Positions 1-12,125 of a stretch of DNA of 64,000 bases are shown one piece after another. The position numbers and the translations under genes are program-made. The notes beneath the pieces are model-generated. The model saw nothing but the letters and a program-made list of their open reading frames with translations. It was not told the DNA's origin and ran no database searches. Within the stretch, counting starts at the first letter, position 1. Each line of letters opens with the position of its first letter. The stretch is taken from the NCBI RefSeq assembly GCF_006345805.1, contig NC_043006.1:80228001-80292000 (forward strand), in the 5' to 3' direction. This DNA comes from Octopus sinensis (Eukaryota).

Positions 1-559
1 AAAAAAGATCTGAACCAGTTCGTTAGTATACTCTCTATTGGCTAATGTTTTAAAAAAAATATTAGTATCTAAGGGAGACTAACTTCTTAAGTACACAGGG
101 AGAGAGATGTTTCCAAAAACGTACTGGTGTAGTGTCTTATCTTAGGGTAAGGGAACATATATCTTTCCAAACACAACACAGACATTCACTTCCTCCACAA
201 GGACACACACATATTTGTGCATGAAGGGTGTGTCTTGTGTGTGCCGTAAGTGCCGCGCGCGCAGTGCATGTGTGCGTATGTAAATGTGTATGTATGCATT
301 TATTTAAATATTTATATCTGTGTGCAAGTGCGAACATAATTTCAGCAGGAGGTGATCGTCTAATTGAGAAGCGTTTGTTCTGATCTCTCTCCATTTCTTG
401 TTTCCTCACCAATCGTTTCTGCAGAAGTGTATAAGACTTTTCCTTTTATTTTTCCTGAGCGTAAACCTAATACGCTCTTTTTGCCTTTTGTACCCTATCA
501 TCGGATTTTAAAATTTATTTTTGAAACACAGACACGCACACACACACACACTCACACAG

Positions 560-633
<74 letters not shown>

Positions 634-929
634 AAACACACACACTCACACACTCACACACATATATTTCATGATGTGCTTTGATGCACGTCACATTACA
701 ATACGAATTAGGGTTGGGTTATATGTTCAACCCGGCTTATGTTTCGAATGGCCTTGTAAAAGTATAATTATATAATTATTCTAAAAGACTATTGAAACGA
801 TCGTAATGAAGGGCTCCAAGCATTCCCAATATGCTTCTTATTAACAATTCAATTTCACACACACACATAGACACACGTTTATGAATTTGTATTGCAAAAA
901 TACTGATGGGAAGTCGTGTGTTGAAAGAG

Positions 930-1321
930 ATATTGCTGCATTTTGGGACGGTCGTATTTTTGTCAAATAAACACACGTACTGTATATTCGTTCTTTACTC
1001 GTTTATTATTGTTCTTAATCTAGCTTATGTCCACTGTTCGGAAATCATTCGTCACACATCTGTGACCTCCTCAGTGACACTTTCTGGCGTCGTACGTGCT
1101 CTTGCTCTGCTTATTCCATGGAATAAGCTCTTGCTTAAATATTTATATTTAACACGTCGACGGAAAGTGTTGCTGAGGAGGAAGTCGCACGTGTGTGACG
1201 AAAGATTTCGGAACAATGGGCATGAGTTAGAATAGGAGCAGCAATGAACGAGTGAAGAACGAATATATAGTGCGTGTGTTTATTTAGCAAAAAAAATGAC
1301 CATCCCGAAATACAACAATAT
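930..1321. mobile_element. Fold-back / MITE-like element, ~170-bp diverged inverted arms
   Basis: 930-1098 is the reverse complement of 1151-1321 (about 75-80% identity by eye). TA dinucleotides lie at both outer ends (931-932, 1319-1320). Confidence 0.7.
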
Positions 1322-1458
1322 ATATGTATATATGTATGTATGTATATGATTATTTGTGCATATATACGTGTGTGTATGTGTTTATACATATATTCAGTCA
1401 ATCATTCATACATATATATACGAGTACATATACACACACATGGATATATGTGCATATT

Positions 1459-1511
<53 letters not shown>

Positions 1512-3135
1512 CACTTTTCGCAGTAAATACAATGAAAGTAAATACAATATAGTTGAGACCTACCGGATTTGATGCGAAATATTTCTCCGTTTCAATCACA
1601 ATTGTATAGCTTGTTCACAGCACCAAGTTCCAAGCAAAGTTTGAAAATTCCCAAAAGTTCGCGTTGGTTTTTAGTCTTGGGATAAAACTGTGCATATATC
1701 TTTTTAATTTGAATCCATGTCATGCCGACTAAATCGTGTTATTTTTTCACATAATACTGATTGTTCATCCGGTGATAATTGAAAATAATGCCGACAAAGA
1801 AACTGCTAAATTTCAAGACCAACCAAATAACACAGTGTGTAAAAATGAACTGACAACGAAATTGAGTGTTTAACTGTGCCAAAGCTAATTCAATATGATA
1901 TTACTGTGCATTGGTCAATATAAATAACTATGTATTCGACAGTAGATGTATTATAATTATCATGCGATGATAAGCACATTTAAACTAATATTATTCTTCC
2001 AAGCAATACAATTTAATTGTCTGTATCAAAATGACATAGGTTATCTTGAATTGTTAACGGAGACATTTCAACACCTACATACTCATGCACACGCACACAT
2101 ACACGCATATACACAGAAAGATAAAAGCAATATGTATACGAAAAGAATATATATGTATATATTATCTCCCCCTCTCTCTCTCCCTTTTACTCTCTCTGTG
2201 CGTATATATGTGTATGCATTTGTGTACGTGTCTTTCCCTATCTCTTCCCCCATCTCTCTCTCTCCCTGAGCATACTAATAACGCTAATTGAATGATTTCT
2301 GGGTCACTGTAAATTGGAGTGTCTTAATTATTTTACACTTCCGCTTTCCTTTATCCTCGCACATACACAACCACCCACAAACTGCCTAAACACAGCCGTA
2401 TAGATATTGGCTATGATACTCTTAAGCATGCGCACAGAAATCTATGTGTATGAATGTATACATGTATGTATACGTCAGGTCGCTTGTGAGCTCTCTCATA
2501 AGTGCTACTGGTAACATGAAATCCAGTACAACTTGTTGCATTGTCGGGTCGTCGACGACTAAACCGAAACCTTCACTAGGCAAGCCTGGTGAGGAATATT
2601 GCTAAAAATCCAGCTGGACTAAAAACAAGAGCTGTCAAAAGGACGGATGAACCCAGTGTAGCTTCCACGAATAGCCAGCAATAGCAGAGTCCCTCAGAAA
2701 TCCTGAGTTGGTGTCTGGCGTGCTGAAGACCACTGGGAGTGAGGCAGCTCTCAGCTTTTGTTCAGATAAACCATATGTGAAAGGAATGGTACTGGACATT
2801 TCTGGGGATCTTTCGGTTTTCCTTGAGATCATGACACTCCCAGATTCCTGAGCCTGCGACCCATATTGGCACTAGATATCTTGACCTGGCTTGTTTCGGA
2901 GTAAAATCAAAAGCGTGCAGAGGACCTACGGGACAACGTGCAAGACATGCTGGTCCTAAAATTCTGCAGACGTTGCTGACATTTTGTATGGAGAATGACC
3001 AGGGACTGTTTTCCTCGCAAGTGGACAGCCACTACTACCACCACCACTACCACCACCACCACCACCGCCACCGCCGTCGCCGCCGCTGCCACCAGCACCA
3101 GCACCACCAGCACCATGATGATGATGATGATGATC

Positions 3136-3178
<43 letters not shown>

Positions 3179-3179
3179 T

Positions 3180-3223
<44 letters not shown>

Positions 3224-3225
3224 TT

Positions 3226-3256
<31 letters not shown>

Positions 3257-3459
3257 CTCTCTTTCTTTCTCTCTCTTTCTCCCCCCCCTCTCTCTATATA
3301 TATTCTATGCAGCATTTCAATATATCTTAATTTCTGTTATAGTAATTAACGAAAAAATAAAGGAAAAACATACTATTCTAAAGAGTAGTGGTAGTATTCC
3401 TTTCTACTATAGGCACAAGACCCGAAATAATATGTGAAGGCACTTGTCAGTTATATAGA

Positions 3460-4010
3460 CCCAAGTGTTCGATTTGTGCTTATTTTATCGACCCCGAAAA
3501 GATAAAAGGCAATACTGACCTCGGTGGTATTTGAACCCAAAATGTAAAACTGGAAGAAATGCTACTAAATAATTTCGTCAGAGTGATGAATAGTGGGAAT
3601 GACAGTTTAAAATTTTGGTTTAAGGTTAGATATTTCGGGTGGTGGGCCAAGTCAATTGCATCGACTCCAGTGCTCAACCGGTGCTCATTTTATCGACCCC
3701 GAAAGGATGAAAGGCAAAATCGACCTCGGCGGAATTTGAATTCCGAACGTAAAGACGGACGAAATAATTCGAAGCATTTCCCCCCGCAGTGCTGAAGATT
3801 CTGCCAGCTCGCCCTCTTATTTCTAATTAAGGCTGTTGGCCAGCAGTATTTGAGGGTAAGGGGTTTCATTGATTACATGGACCCTGTACTTGATTGGTAC
3901 TTTATTTTACCTACCCCGAAATGGTGTAGGTTGATCTTGGTTAGATTTGAACCGAGAACGCTAAAAGCTAGAACAAATATAGCAAAGCATTTTTCCAAAG
4001 CTCTGACGAT
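3460..4010 (-). mobile_element. Cluster of three tRNA-derived SINE copies (Deu/Nin-like core)
   Basis: The motif tttatcgaccccgaaaggatgaaaggcaa..cgacctcggcggaatttgaa recurs at ~3480, ~3690 and, degenerate, ~3900. On the minus strand it reads GGCGAGCTGGCAGAA (A-box-like) and GAATTCAAATTCC (B-box-like). The core family name is from recall. Confidence 0.65.
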
Positions 4011-4884
4011 TCTGATAATCTACCTTTCTTATACTACTAACAATAATAGTTATTCCAGATTTTAGCACAAGGCCTGAAAATTTAGAAGCGGGTTAGTCGA
4101 TTACAACGATCCAAGTATGTTACTATTACTTTATTCTAGCGACCCCTCTTTGATACAGTTATAATATTTAGAGAAAGGTTTTTTCAAAATATTTATTTTG
4201 GAAATTACTTTTGGAAATAGTTATAGTATTTAGAGAAATATTTTTTCAAAATGTTAGGATTAAGAACAAAACCAAGTCTGAAGAATAGTAGAAGAGCCAT
4301 TGAACAGTGAGAGAGGGGTAAAGCATGAGGAATAGTAGAAGTATCATTGTATAGTGAGAGAGGCGGTCAGAAGAGTAATGTTGAAAAAGTGTGACACACT
4401 GTCATTCGCTTTCACATTCATTATTATAGAATTAGAAGTGTCATTGAATAGTGAGAGAGGGGTCGAAGGAGTAAAATTGAAAAATGTGACACAGACACAC
4501 TGACATTCGCTTTTGCATTTGTTATTATATATTTATATGTGCAGATATGTATGTTTTGTTTTACGTATGGCTACTCATGCATATATTTGCATATCTGTAC
4601 ATATTCATATATACTTAAATGATAAAATACTGAAACGTTTTACAGATTTTTACAGTTCCAGTGATGGATTGGATCTGTAGTCTTCGAATCAGCTTTCTCC
4701 TTTCTGGTTTTGAGAAGCATAACTCCTCCAGGCTGTTTTTTTAGGCAGTGTGTTAAATATATCAGTGACCCAATAATTACAGGTATAAACCTAGTATGTA
4801 TGTATGTATGTATGTATGTATGTATGTATGTATGTATGTATGTATGTATGTATGTATGTATGTATGTATGCATGTATGTATAAA

Positions 4885-5460
4885 ACTTCTGACATGGCTA
4901 GATACCCACATCATAGATAGGATCTTACCAGAACCTCAGTGTGGCTGCAAACCAAACGGAAGTACAACAGATATCCACCCAGCTAGACAAGTTCAGGAAA
5001 GTGATTTGAAGAACAAAAAGCCTCTGTCTAGTGTTTGTCAATCTAACAAAAGCACTCGGCACTGTTTATCGTGATATACTTTGGGCTGGGCGATCATCAG
5101 CCGATTCGTCTGCCCTGACAGCATTGTGAAATAACTATGCTCCTTCCATGATGGTATGGAAGTTTCTTTAAATATAGGCGAGATTATAACATAGCCCCTT
5201 AAAATTAATAATGATGTCAAACAGGGTGACTATGTTACTCCAATACTATTTGCGATCTTCTTTTTGTATTACTGCACGCTTTCGGCGTTTTGTGGTAAAG
5301 ACAACGTCTCTCCAGTCTTTTGTGCGTGACCTCATATATACCGTTGACACAGCACAGGTGACGTAAGACCTGGTGAATAGACTTTCACTCCATTGCCAGA
5401 TCTTTCGCCTCATCATAATCCTTGACAAAACTGTAGTAATGCACAAACTTGTGCCTGGGT
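4885..5460 (+). mobile_element. Degenerate RTE-clade LINE reverse transcriptase fragment
   Basis: Broken frames read [44 protein letters not shown] and DLVNRLSLHCQIFRLII.LDKTVVM, matching the order of RTE RT motifs. Confidence 0.65.
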
Positions 5461-5984
5461 TGTCATACGTACAGCCAGTATGTATGTATCCATTTATCTG
5501 CCTACTTATCTGTGTTTGTGTACTTGTGTACGTGTATATATGTTTGTGTGTGTGTTTGTGTATGTGTTGAATATATCAAATCTTATTGACTCGGACGTCT
5601 TTTAATTATTGACCTTCGGAATCGCCAGAAAATTTTGAGGTAAAATGAAATCCGACAGGATTGAAACAACAGTAAGCATATAAGTAAAAATCGGAAACCA
5701 GTTAGTCTTGATTTTCATTTTGTCATATGGATGTCATTTGTCGAATAATGGAATTTTGTAGAAATTTTCGGATTAGCAAAGAAGCAGGGAATGTATACAA
5801 TAACAACAACAACAAAAAAGAAAAAAACGAACACGTGACGTACATAGACACTTTATTTTGTACACACAATAAAATTATAATATGAAACATTATTAATAAA
5901 CATATATTGAGTTTATGGTCGCATTATAAAGGCGTAAAATGATTAGTTTTGATGACATCAAGAACAATATAGTTTGTTGTAACA

Positions 5985-6221
5985 TTATCTAAACTTAACC
6001 TTTGTTGGTATTTGTGTCGGTAAAGTTCTCTGGTAGGTAGAAGATATTTCACTCGATTTAGTGGAAGGCCATTTTGAAATTGCATATCATCTTTTAATTA
6101 AACTGCGACTGACGGTCTTTGATATCAGAAATGGTAAACTAATAAATACCCCAAGAAATATAGAATATGAGAGAAAGTTCTTCAATTTATATAATGGTAT
6201 ACAGGAATTGAATTGTCCATG

Positions 6222-6223
<2 letters not shown>
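5985..6223 (-). pseudogene. 3' fragment (TM6 end, TM7, C-tail) of a fifth GPCR paralogue
   Basis: Reads TWTIQFLYTII*IEELSLIFYI, then a frameshift, then LGVFISLPFLISKTVSRSLIKR*YAISKWPSTKSSEISSTYQRTLPTQIPTKVKFR*. It has in-frame stops and is cut off by the (CA)n tract at ~6224. Confidence 0.85.
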
Positions 6224-6280
<57 letters not shown>

Positions 6281-6501
6281 GGAAACATACATACCGATAT
6301 ATGTATTTGTGCATACATATACATAAATACATATATCTTGATTCATTTTTTTGTACACACAATAGGTTTATATCATGAAATATTGTTATTAATGAACATA
6401 TAGTAAGCATATTGTCCCATTATGAAGGCAGTAGTCATTGTCTTTGGATCTTATGCAGAACAAAAATATTAATTTCGTTCACCGAACAACAGTTATCCTA
6501 T

Positions 6502-8430
6502 TCAAACGTAAGTTGTGTTGGTATTTGTGTGTGTCGATAAAATTCTGTGAGAAGTTGAAGATATCGCATTCGATTTGGTTTGAAGGTATTTTGAGATTGG
6601 ACGATGTCTTTTAGTTATATGGTGGCAGACGGTTTTTGTTATCAGAAATGACAAACTAATAAATACGCCAAGAAAGGAATTTAAAATATAAAATATTAGA
6701 GAAAATTCTTCTATTTCTGTAATGACATGCAGGAATTGAAATGTCCATGTAAATCCCATAATAAAGAATAGCTTTATGCAAGCAATGAACTCCAGTTTAT
6801 TATGTTTTGATAAATATTTCGCAGAAAGTTTGTTAGCCATATATAATCCTCTAGCAATGAGGATAAATGCAATGATATTTAAACATAAGATGATTATTAC
6901 TGGGACTGAAAATAGCCACCGCACGCTTTTTCTGTTTGAAATCCAGCATGTACATTTACCATATTCTGGAGAAAGTCCATGATTTCCAGGTGTGTACTCT
7001 AATATCAGTGATACTGTTACAATTACAAGTGGACAGATCCAAGCATACAAGGAATACAATACAAGTCTCTTGGTACCTTTTCCTGAACTCCGATGTTGTA
7101 TAAATCCCGAGAAGGTGTACCAGGCATTGCAGGACACAACATTCGTCCAGAAGAAAGTCGCTACAAAAGAATAATGTTTCAATATAGCCAAAGCTGTACA
7201 TAGGACTGTAGAAGTAGTGACTTGTAATGAGATAAAAAGGAGAAGCTCAGCTATAAGCATGGCTGATAAAAGACTGATGAGTAATTTACCTGGTAAAGTA
7301 CGGAGGTCAGGTATACAGAGATAAACTATAATAGTGATTGCTAGCGCTGGGATAGATATCACGAGGCCCACAAATGTGATATAATCTTCAGCTTCGGAAT
7401 ATTTTCCTAAGATATGAGCACCATTCTTTACGCAGATATTTATACCTTGAGAAGCACGAGTGAATTCTGATTGGTTTAGAAAACTATGGGTGTTCTTTAA
7501 GTAGAGAAGACCATCATTAGTGATGTAATACTCAGATTCATTTAATCTTGTTGTGATACAGTTTAGAATAGATTTAGGAGAGACTTGTGTAATTTTATTT
7601 AGCATTTCTTCATTTTTCAGGGCGAATAGACTTGCTAGAAGAAACTCCTGCAACTTACTTCTATCTGGAGGATTATATTTACGTATATTTCGTGTATTGG
7701 TGCCGCATTTGATATCGTCTGCTTCAATACCATTGCAAAGTGCACAGTAAATATTTCTAAACATTGTATTATTTGCGTTAACAAGTCTCATAGGCTTGTT
7801 CTCACATAGATTGTCTAATGTTTTATTGGTATTATGTAGCGCACACACTGAGACATAAGGAGTGCATCTATACAAATATTGGTTAAATTCATTTGAAGGT
7901 ACTTGATTGTATATCTCACAGCTTTTATTATTAAAAATACATAAAATGTTATCAACAGTGATATTTGGAATATCATCCTTATAGAAACATTGGTAAGAAA
8001 TCTTCCACAAAATATATTCTTCTCTGTGACACAGAGCACAATATAAGTTCCTATAGAGTTTTTTACTCGTTTTATCATGTAGTTGTTGGTCTGAGTTAGG
8101 ATTTTCACAGTTGTTCACATGCTCCGTTACATCATAGTTAGTTGGACAGCGGTGAAATTGATAGTAAGTTCCACCATTAATATTGTTACAGCTGTAATAC
8201 ATTGAGGGATAGGGAGTCTCGAGGTCAGAAGCTGTGTGATTAAGACGGTCGGAACAACATTCATCGTATAAATAGCAGTCTTGCTGACATGAACAACGGT
8301 CTGTCCAAGGGCTTTCAGAACACAAAACCGGTGGGCAATTGAAGGCTTCTATTTTGTTTATAGCTGATATTGGAACGGCGTGGTTTATCAATAAGATGAA
8401 TATTAAATAGCTTGTGGCGTATACTTCCAT
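6502..8430 (-). CDS. Class B (secretin-like/Methuselah-like) GPCR with SMB-like N-terminal domain, copy 1, 642 aa, intact
   Basis: Signal-peptide-like N-terminus; SMB-like CSCQQDCYLYDECCSD; two [YF]RNxYCALC repeats; seven hydrophobic segments with class-B motifs (LRTLPGK, HYSFVATFFW, YSLYAWICP, PEYGKCTCWI, KLFFIMGFTW, ILNSFLG). No GPS motif before TM1. Confidence 0.9.
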   Translation of the reverse strand: MEVYATSYLIFILLINHAVPISAINKIEAFNCPPVLCSESPWTDRCSCQQDCYLYDECCSDRLNHTASDLETPYPSMYYSCNNINGGTYYQFHRCPTNYDVTEHVNNCENPNSDQQLHDKTSKKLYRNLYCALCHREEYILWKISYQCFYKDDIPNITVDNILCIFNNKSCEIYNQVPSNEFNQYLYRCTPYVSVCALHNTNKTLDNLCENKPMRLVNANNTMFRNIYCALCNGIEADDIKCGTNTRNIRKYNPPDRSKLQEFLLASLFALKNEEMLNKITQVSPKSILNCITTRLNESEYYITNDGLLYLKNTHSFLNQSEFTRASQGINICVKNGAHILGKYSEAEDYITFVGLVISIPALAITIIVYLCIPDLRTLPGKLLISLLSAMLIAELLLFISLQVTTSTVLCTALAILKHYSFVATFFWTNVVSCNAWYTFSGFIQHRSSGKGTKRLVLYSLYAWICPLVIVTVSLILEYTPGNHGLSPEYGKCTCWISNRKSVRWLFSVPVIIILCLNIIAFILIARGLYMANKLSAKYLSKHNKLEFIACIKLFFIMGFTWTFQFLHVITEIEEFSLIFYILNSFLGVFISLSFLITKTVCHHITKRHRPISKYLQTKSNAISSTSHRILSTHTNTNTTYV

Positions 8431-8464
8431 TATGTCTTATTGAAATGCGAAAATATTTGTATAC

Positions 8465-8485
8465 CTGCAGATAAAGGAAAAAAAT
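8465..8485 (-). promoter_or_regulatory. Conserved 3' splice acceptor upstream of GPCR copy 1
   Basis: Minus strand reads tttttttcctttatctgcag|gtatac; the same motif precedes all four copies. Confidence 0.65.
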
Positions 8486-8942
8486 ATGTATTCTTCTATT
8501 ACACAAGGATATATTTTAAGTAGTCATATGTAAATGTTCCATGTGAATATCCTTAACATCAGGTACATGCATGAAGCGGTGTTTGATATATAGCGATATC
8601 GATTTTCTTAATGCAAAGTGCATGGGAACTGTATTTCTAAAAGGTTATCTGGTCATTTACTCTGAATTATTACTTCTATGCCTAGCGAAAATAGGTAGGT
8701 TTCTGAGATAAGGAGAGAGGTACGAGGAGAATAGACAGGTATAAATCTTGAAAGAATAAGGGATGTGGCTGATAATAGATAAAGTCAGGAAGAGGTAAAG
8801 TGAGTATTCGAGAAATGAGGGTGGGGCAGCTTCAGAGAAAGATATGTATGCACATATATATATGTATATATGGATACTTATACATGCCGATATATGTATT
8901 TCTACATACATGTAAATACATATACATACATACATACATACA

Positions 8943-8978
<36 letters not shown>

Positions 8979-9002
8979 TACATCTTGACTCATTACGTTC
9001 TA

Positions 9003-9970
9003 TTGGGTTGGCAACTAAGTTCTCGACGTTTTTTAAATTTTGAAATTTATTGTGTTTTTAAATTTTGGAACCATTTTTTTCGAGAATTCTAATTTTGAAT
9101 CATTTTGGAATCTATTTTTTTTTTTTAATTTTTGTTTATTTTCAGATCATTAAAATGGAATGTCAAGTTAAGAAAAACGAGTAATTTCGACACCTTTTTG
9201 CTTTTAATCAAAGTTCTAAAGCCGCAAAAGCTGCTCGCGACAATTGTGCTGTGTATGGAGAGGGTGCCATAGCTGAAAAAGCAGCTCGTGACTGTTATGC
9301 GAAGTTAAAAAATGGAAATTGTAACCTCAAAGACGCACCTCGTTCTGGCCGCGCAGTTGAGTTCGATGAAGAGCCATGAAACCAACTTTTGCACGAAAAT
9401 TCTCGTCAAACGACAAGGGAACTGGCTGAGAGAATGGAATGCTCCTACACTGCTGTAGAGAAACATCTTCACTCAATGGGAAAGGTTCAGAAGTATGGAG
9501 CATGGGTTCCGCATGCCTTAAGTGACATCAATAAAAATCAACGAGCTATTCAAGAGAAAAGACCTAATCGGCAACATGGAGTTCTTCTGCTGCACGACAA
9601 CGTCCGCCCTCATATCGCCAATTTGACCAAGGAAGCCATTCAAACGCATGGCTGGGAAGTGCTGCTATAGCCGCCGTACTCTCCTGATTTGGAAGCAACA
9701 GATTTCCTCCTCTTTCGATCTCTTTCAAATGCTTTGCGCTGAGTTTTGTTCAATACTGATGCAGAATTGAGAGTTTGGTTGGATCAATTTTTCAAGTCGA
9801 AATCGGGCGATTTCGACCAACGAGGTATTGAAAATATTGTTGAACGTTGGGAAGAAGTTGTAAAGAACAAGGGTGAATACATTATAGATTAATTAGATGT
9901 TATTTTTTTTATTAAACATTAAAAAGAATTTAAATTTAAAAAAACGGCGGAAACTTAGTTGCCAACCCAA
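9003..9970 (+). mobile_element. Internally deleted mariner transposon (dead transposase 9155-9892)
   Basis: ~30-bp TIRs beginning TTGGGTTGGCAACTAAGTT at both ends; TA at 9001-9002. The transposase relic has WVPHAL, HDNVRPH and PPYSPDL, several stops, and lacks the block containing the first catalytic Asp. Confidence 0.92.
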
Positions 9971-10112
9971 AACACACAATACGTTTATATCATGAAATAT
10001 TGTTATTAATGAATATATAGTCAGTATATTGTCCCATTATGAAAGCCGTAAATATTGTCTATGGATTCTTTGAAGAACAATAAAATTCCTTTCGTTCACA
10101 AAACAAGTTGTA

Positions 10113-12125
10113 CTATTCAAACGTAATTTTTGTTGGTATTTGTGTCGATAAAGTTCTCTGAGAAGTTGACGACATCTCACTTGATTCTGTGGGAGGCCAT
10201 TTTGATATAGGACGAAATTTTTTAAGTATATTGCGGCAGACGATCTTTGTGAAGAGAAACGATAGGCAAATAAATAATCCAATAAAAGAATTTAAAATAC
10301 AAAATATTAGAGAGAATTCTTCGATTTTTGTAAAAGTATACAGGAATGCAAATGTCCATGTAAGTCCCATAGTAAAAAACAGTTTTATGCAAACAATGAT
10401 CTCCAATTTATTATGTTTTTTCAGATATTTCGCAGAAAGTTTGCTAGCCATATATAGCCCTCTGGCAGTGAGGATAAATGCTGTTATATTAAGACATAAA
10501 ATGAGCATAACAGGGAATGCAAACAACCATAGCAGACTTTTACCATTTGTAATCCAGCAAATGCCATTTCCATATTCTGGAGAAAGTCCATGATTTCCAG
10601 GTATGTACTCAAATACCAGTGATATTGTTACTATTACAAGTGGACAAATCCAAGCATATAAGGAATACAATACAAATCTCTTGGTACCTTTCCCTTTACT
10701 TCGAAGTAGTGTAAGTCCTGAGAAAGTGTACGAGGCATCGAATGATAAAACATTCATCCAGAAGAAACTCGCTAGAAAAGAATAATGTATCACTATAGCT
10801 AAAGATTTACACAGAACTGTAGATGCAGTGACTTGTGATGAGATAAGAAAGAGAAGCTCAGCTACAAACAATGCTGATAAAAGACTAACGAGTAATTTAC
10901 CTGGTAAGGTACGGAGATCAGGTATGCAGAGATAGACTATAATAGAGATTGCTAGAGCTGGGATAGAAAATATAAGCCCTACTAACGTGATATAAGATTC
11001 AGCTTCGGAATACTTTCGTAATACATTGATAAGATTTTTTACACAGATGATTATTGTACCATTTTCATCGAAACTGAATTCTGATTGGTTCAGTAAACGA
11101 TGGGTATTATTTAAGTATAGAAGACCATCATTAGTGATGTGATATTCAGATTCATTTAGACCTGTTGTTGTACAGTTTAGTTGAGGGTGGTAGATAACTT
11201 GTCGACATTGCTTTGTATTCATATCGTAGACTGCATTCTTCGGACAGGAGGGTAGTCGGAGAACAGTATTTCCTTCGTTTTTATTTATATTTTGTATTTC
11301 TATGGAATTGGTATTGAAATTAAAAACTGCGGTTAGAGAAAATCCGTTGGCTGAAAATGGAATCATTCTCATTTCATATATGTCACACTGGATATCGTCA
11401 GCTTCATTACCATTACAAAGTGCACAGTAAACATTTCTAAAGGCTGTATTATTTGCGTTAACAATTCTCGTTGGCTTGTTCTCACATAGATGTTCTAATG
11501 TTTTATTGGTATTATGTAGCGCACACACTGAAACATAAGGAGTGCATCTATACAAATATTGGTTAAATTCATTTGAAGGTACTTGTTTGTATATCTCACA
11601 GCTTTTTTTATTAAAAGTGTATAAAAAGTTATCAACAGTGATATTTAGAATATCATCCTTATAGAAACATTGGTAAGAAATCTTCCACAAAATATATTCT
11701 TCTCCGTGACAGAGAGCACAATATAAATTTCTATAGAGTTTTTTACTTGTTTTACCAAAAGCAGGTACATCATGTAGTTGTTGGTCTGAGTTAGGATTTT
11801 CACAGTTGTTCACATGCTCCGTTACATCATAGTTAGTTGGACAGTGATGAAATTGATAGTAAGTTCCACCATTAATATTGTTACAGCTGTAATACATTGA
11901 GGGATAGGGAGTCTCGAGATCAGAAGCTGTGTGATTAAGACGGTCGGAACAACATTCATCGTATAAATAACAGTCTTGCTGACATGAACAACGGTCTGTC
12001 CTGGGGCTTTTAGAGCACAAAACCGGCGGGCAATTGACGGGTTCAGTTATGTTTATAGTTGATGTTTGAACTGTGTGGGTTATCAGTAAGATGAACATTA
12101 AAAAGCTTGTGACAAATATTTCCAT
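10113..12125 (-). CDS. Class B SMB/Methuselah-like GPCR, copy 2, 670 aa from MEIF, intact
   Basis: Open ORF 10113-12167. The start was placed at the ATG at 12125 by homology with the other copies. Same SMB-like, RNxYCALC and 7TM motifs as copy 1. Confidence 0.92.
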   Translation of the reverse strand: MEIFVTSFLMFILLITHTVQTSTINITEPVNCPPVLCSKSPRTDRCSCQQDCYLYDECCSDRLNHTASDLETPYPSMYYSCNNINGGTYYQFHHCPTNYDVTEHVNNCENPNSDQQLHDVPAFGKTSKKLYRNLYCALCHGEEYILWKISYQCFYKDDILNITVDNFLYTFNKKSCEIYKQVPSNEFNQYLYRCTPYVSVCALHNTNKTLEHLCENKPTRIVNANNTAFRNVYCALCNGNEADDIQCDIYEMRMIPFSANGFSLTAVFNFNTNSIEIQNINKNEGNTVLRLPSCPKNAVYDMNTKQCRQVIYHPQLNCTTTGLNESEYHITNDGLLYLNNTHRLLNQSEFSFDENGTIIICVKNLINVLRKYSEAESYITLVGLIFSIPALAISIIVYLCIPDLRTLPGKLLVSLLSALFVAELLFLISSQVTASTVLCKSLAIVIHYSFLASFFWMNVLSFDASYTFSGLTLLRSKGKGTKRFVLYSLYAWICPLVIVTISLVFEYIPGNHGLSPEYGNGICWITNGKSLLWLFAFPVMLILCLNITAFILTARGLYMASKLSAKYLKKHNKLEIIVCIKLFFTMGLTWTFAFLYTFTKIEEFSLIFCILNSFIGLFICLSFLFTKIVCRNILKKFRPISKWPPTESSEMSSTSQRTLSTQIPTKITFE

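Noticed and set aside
10189-10593. Plus-strand ORFs repeated at 6776, 10189, 19079 and 23803
   Set aside because: Antisense shadows of the conserved 7TM coding strand; they recur only because the genes are paralogous.
10900-11200. Calling the receptors adhesion GPCRs with GAIN/GPS autoproteolysis
   Set aside because: No C-x-C-x-H-L-T/S-type GPS motif precedes TM1 in any copy.
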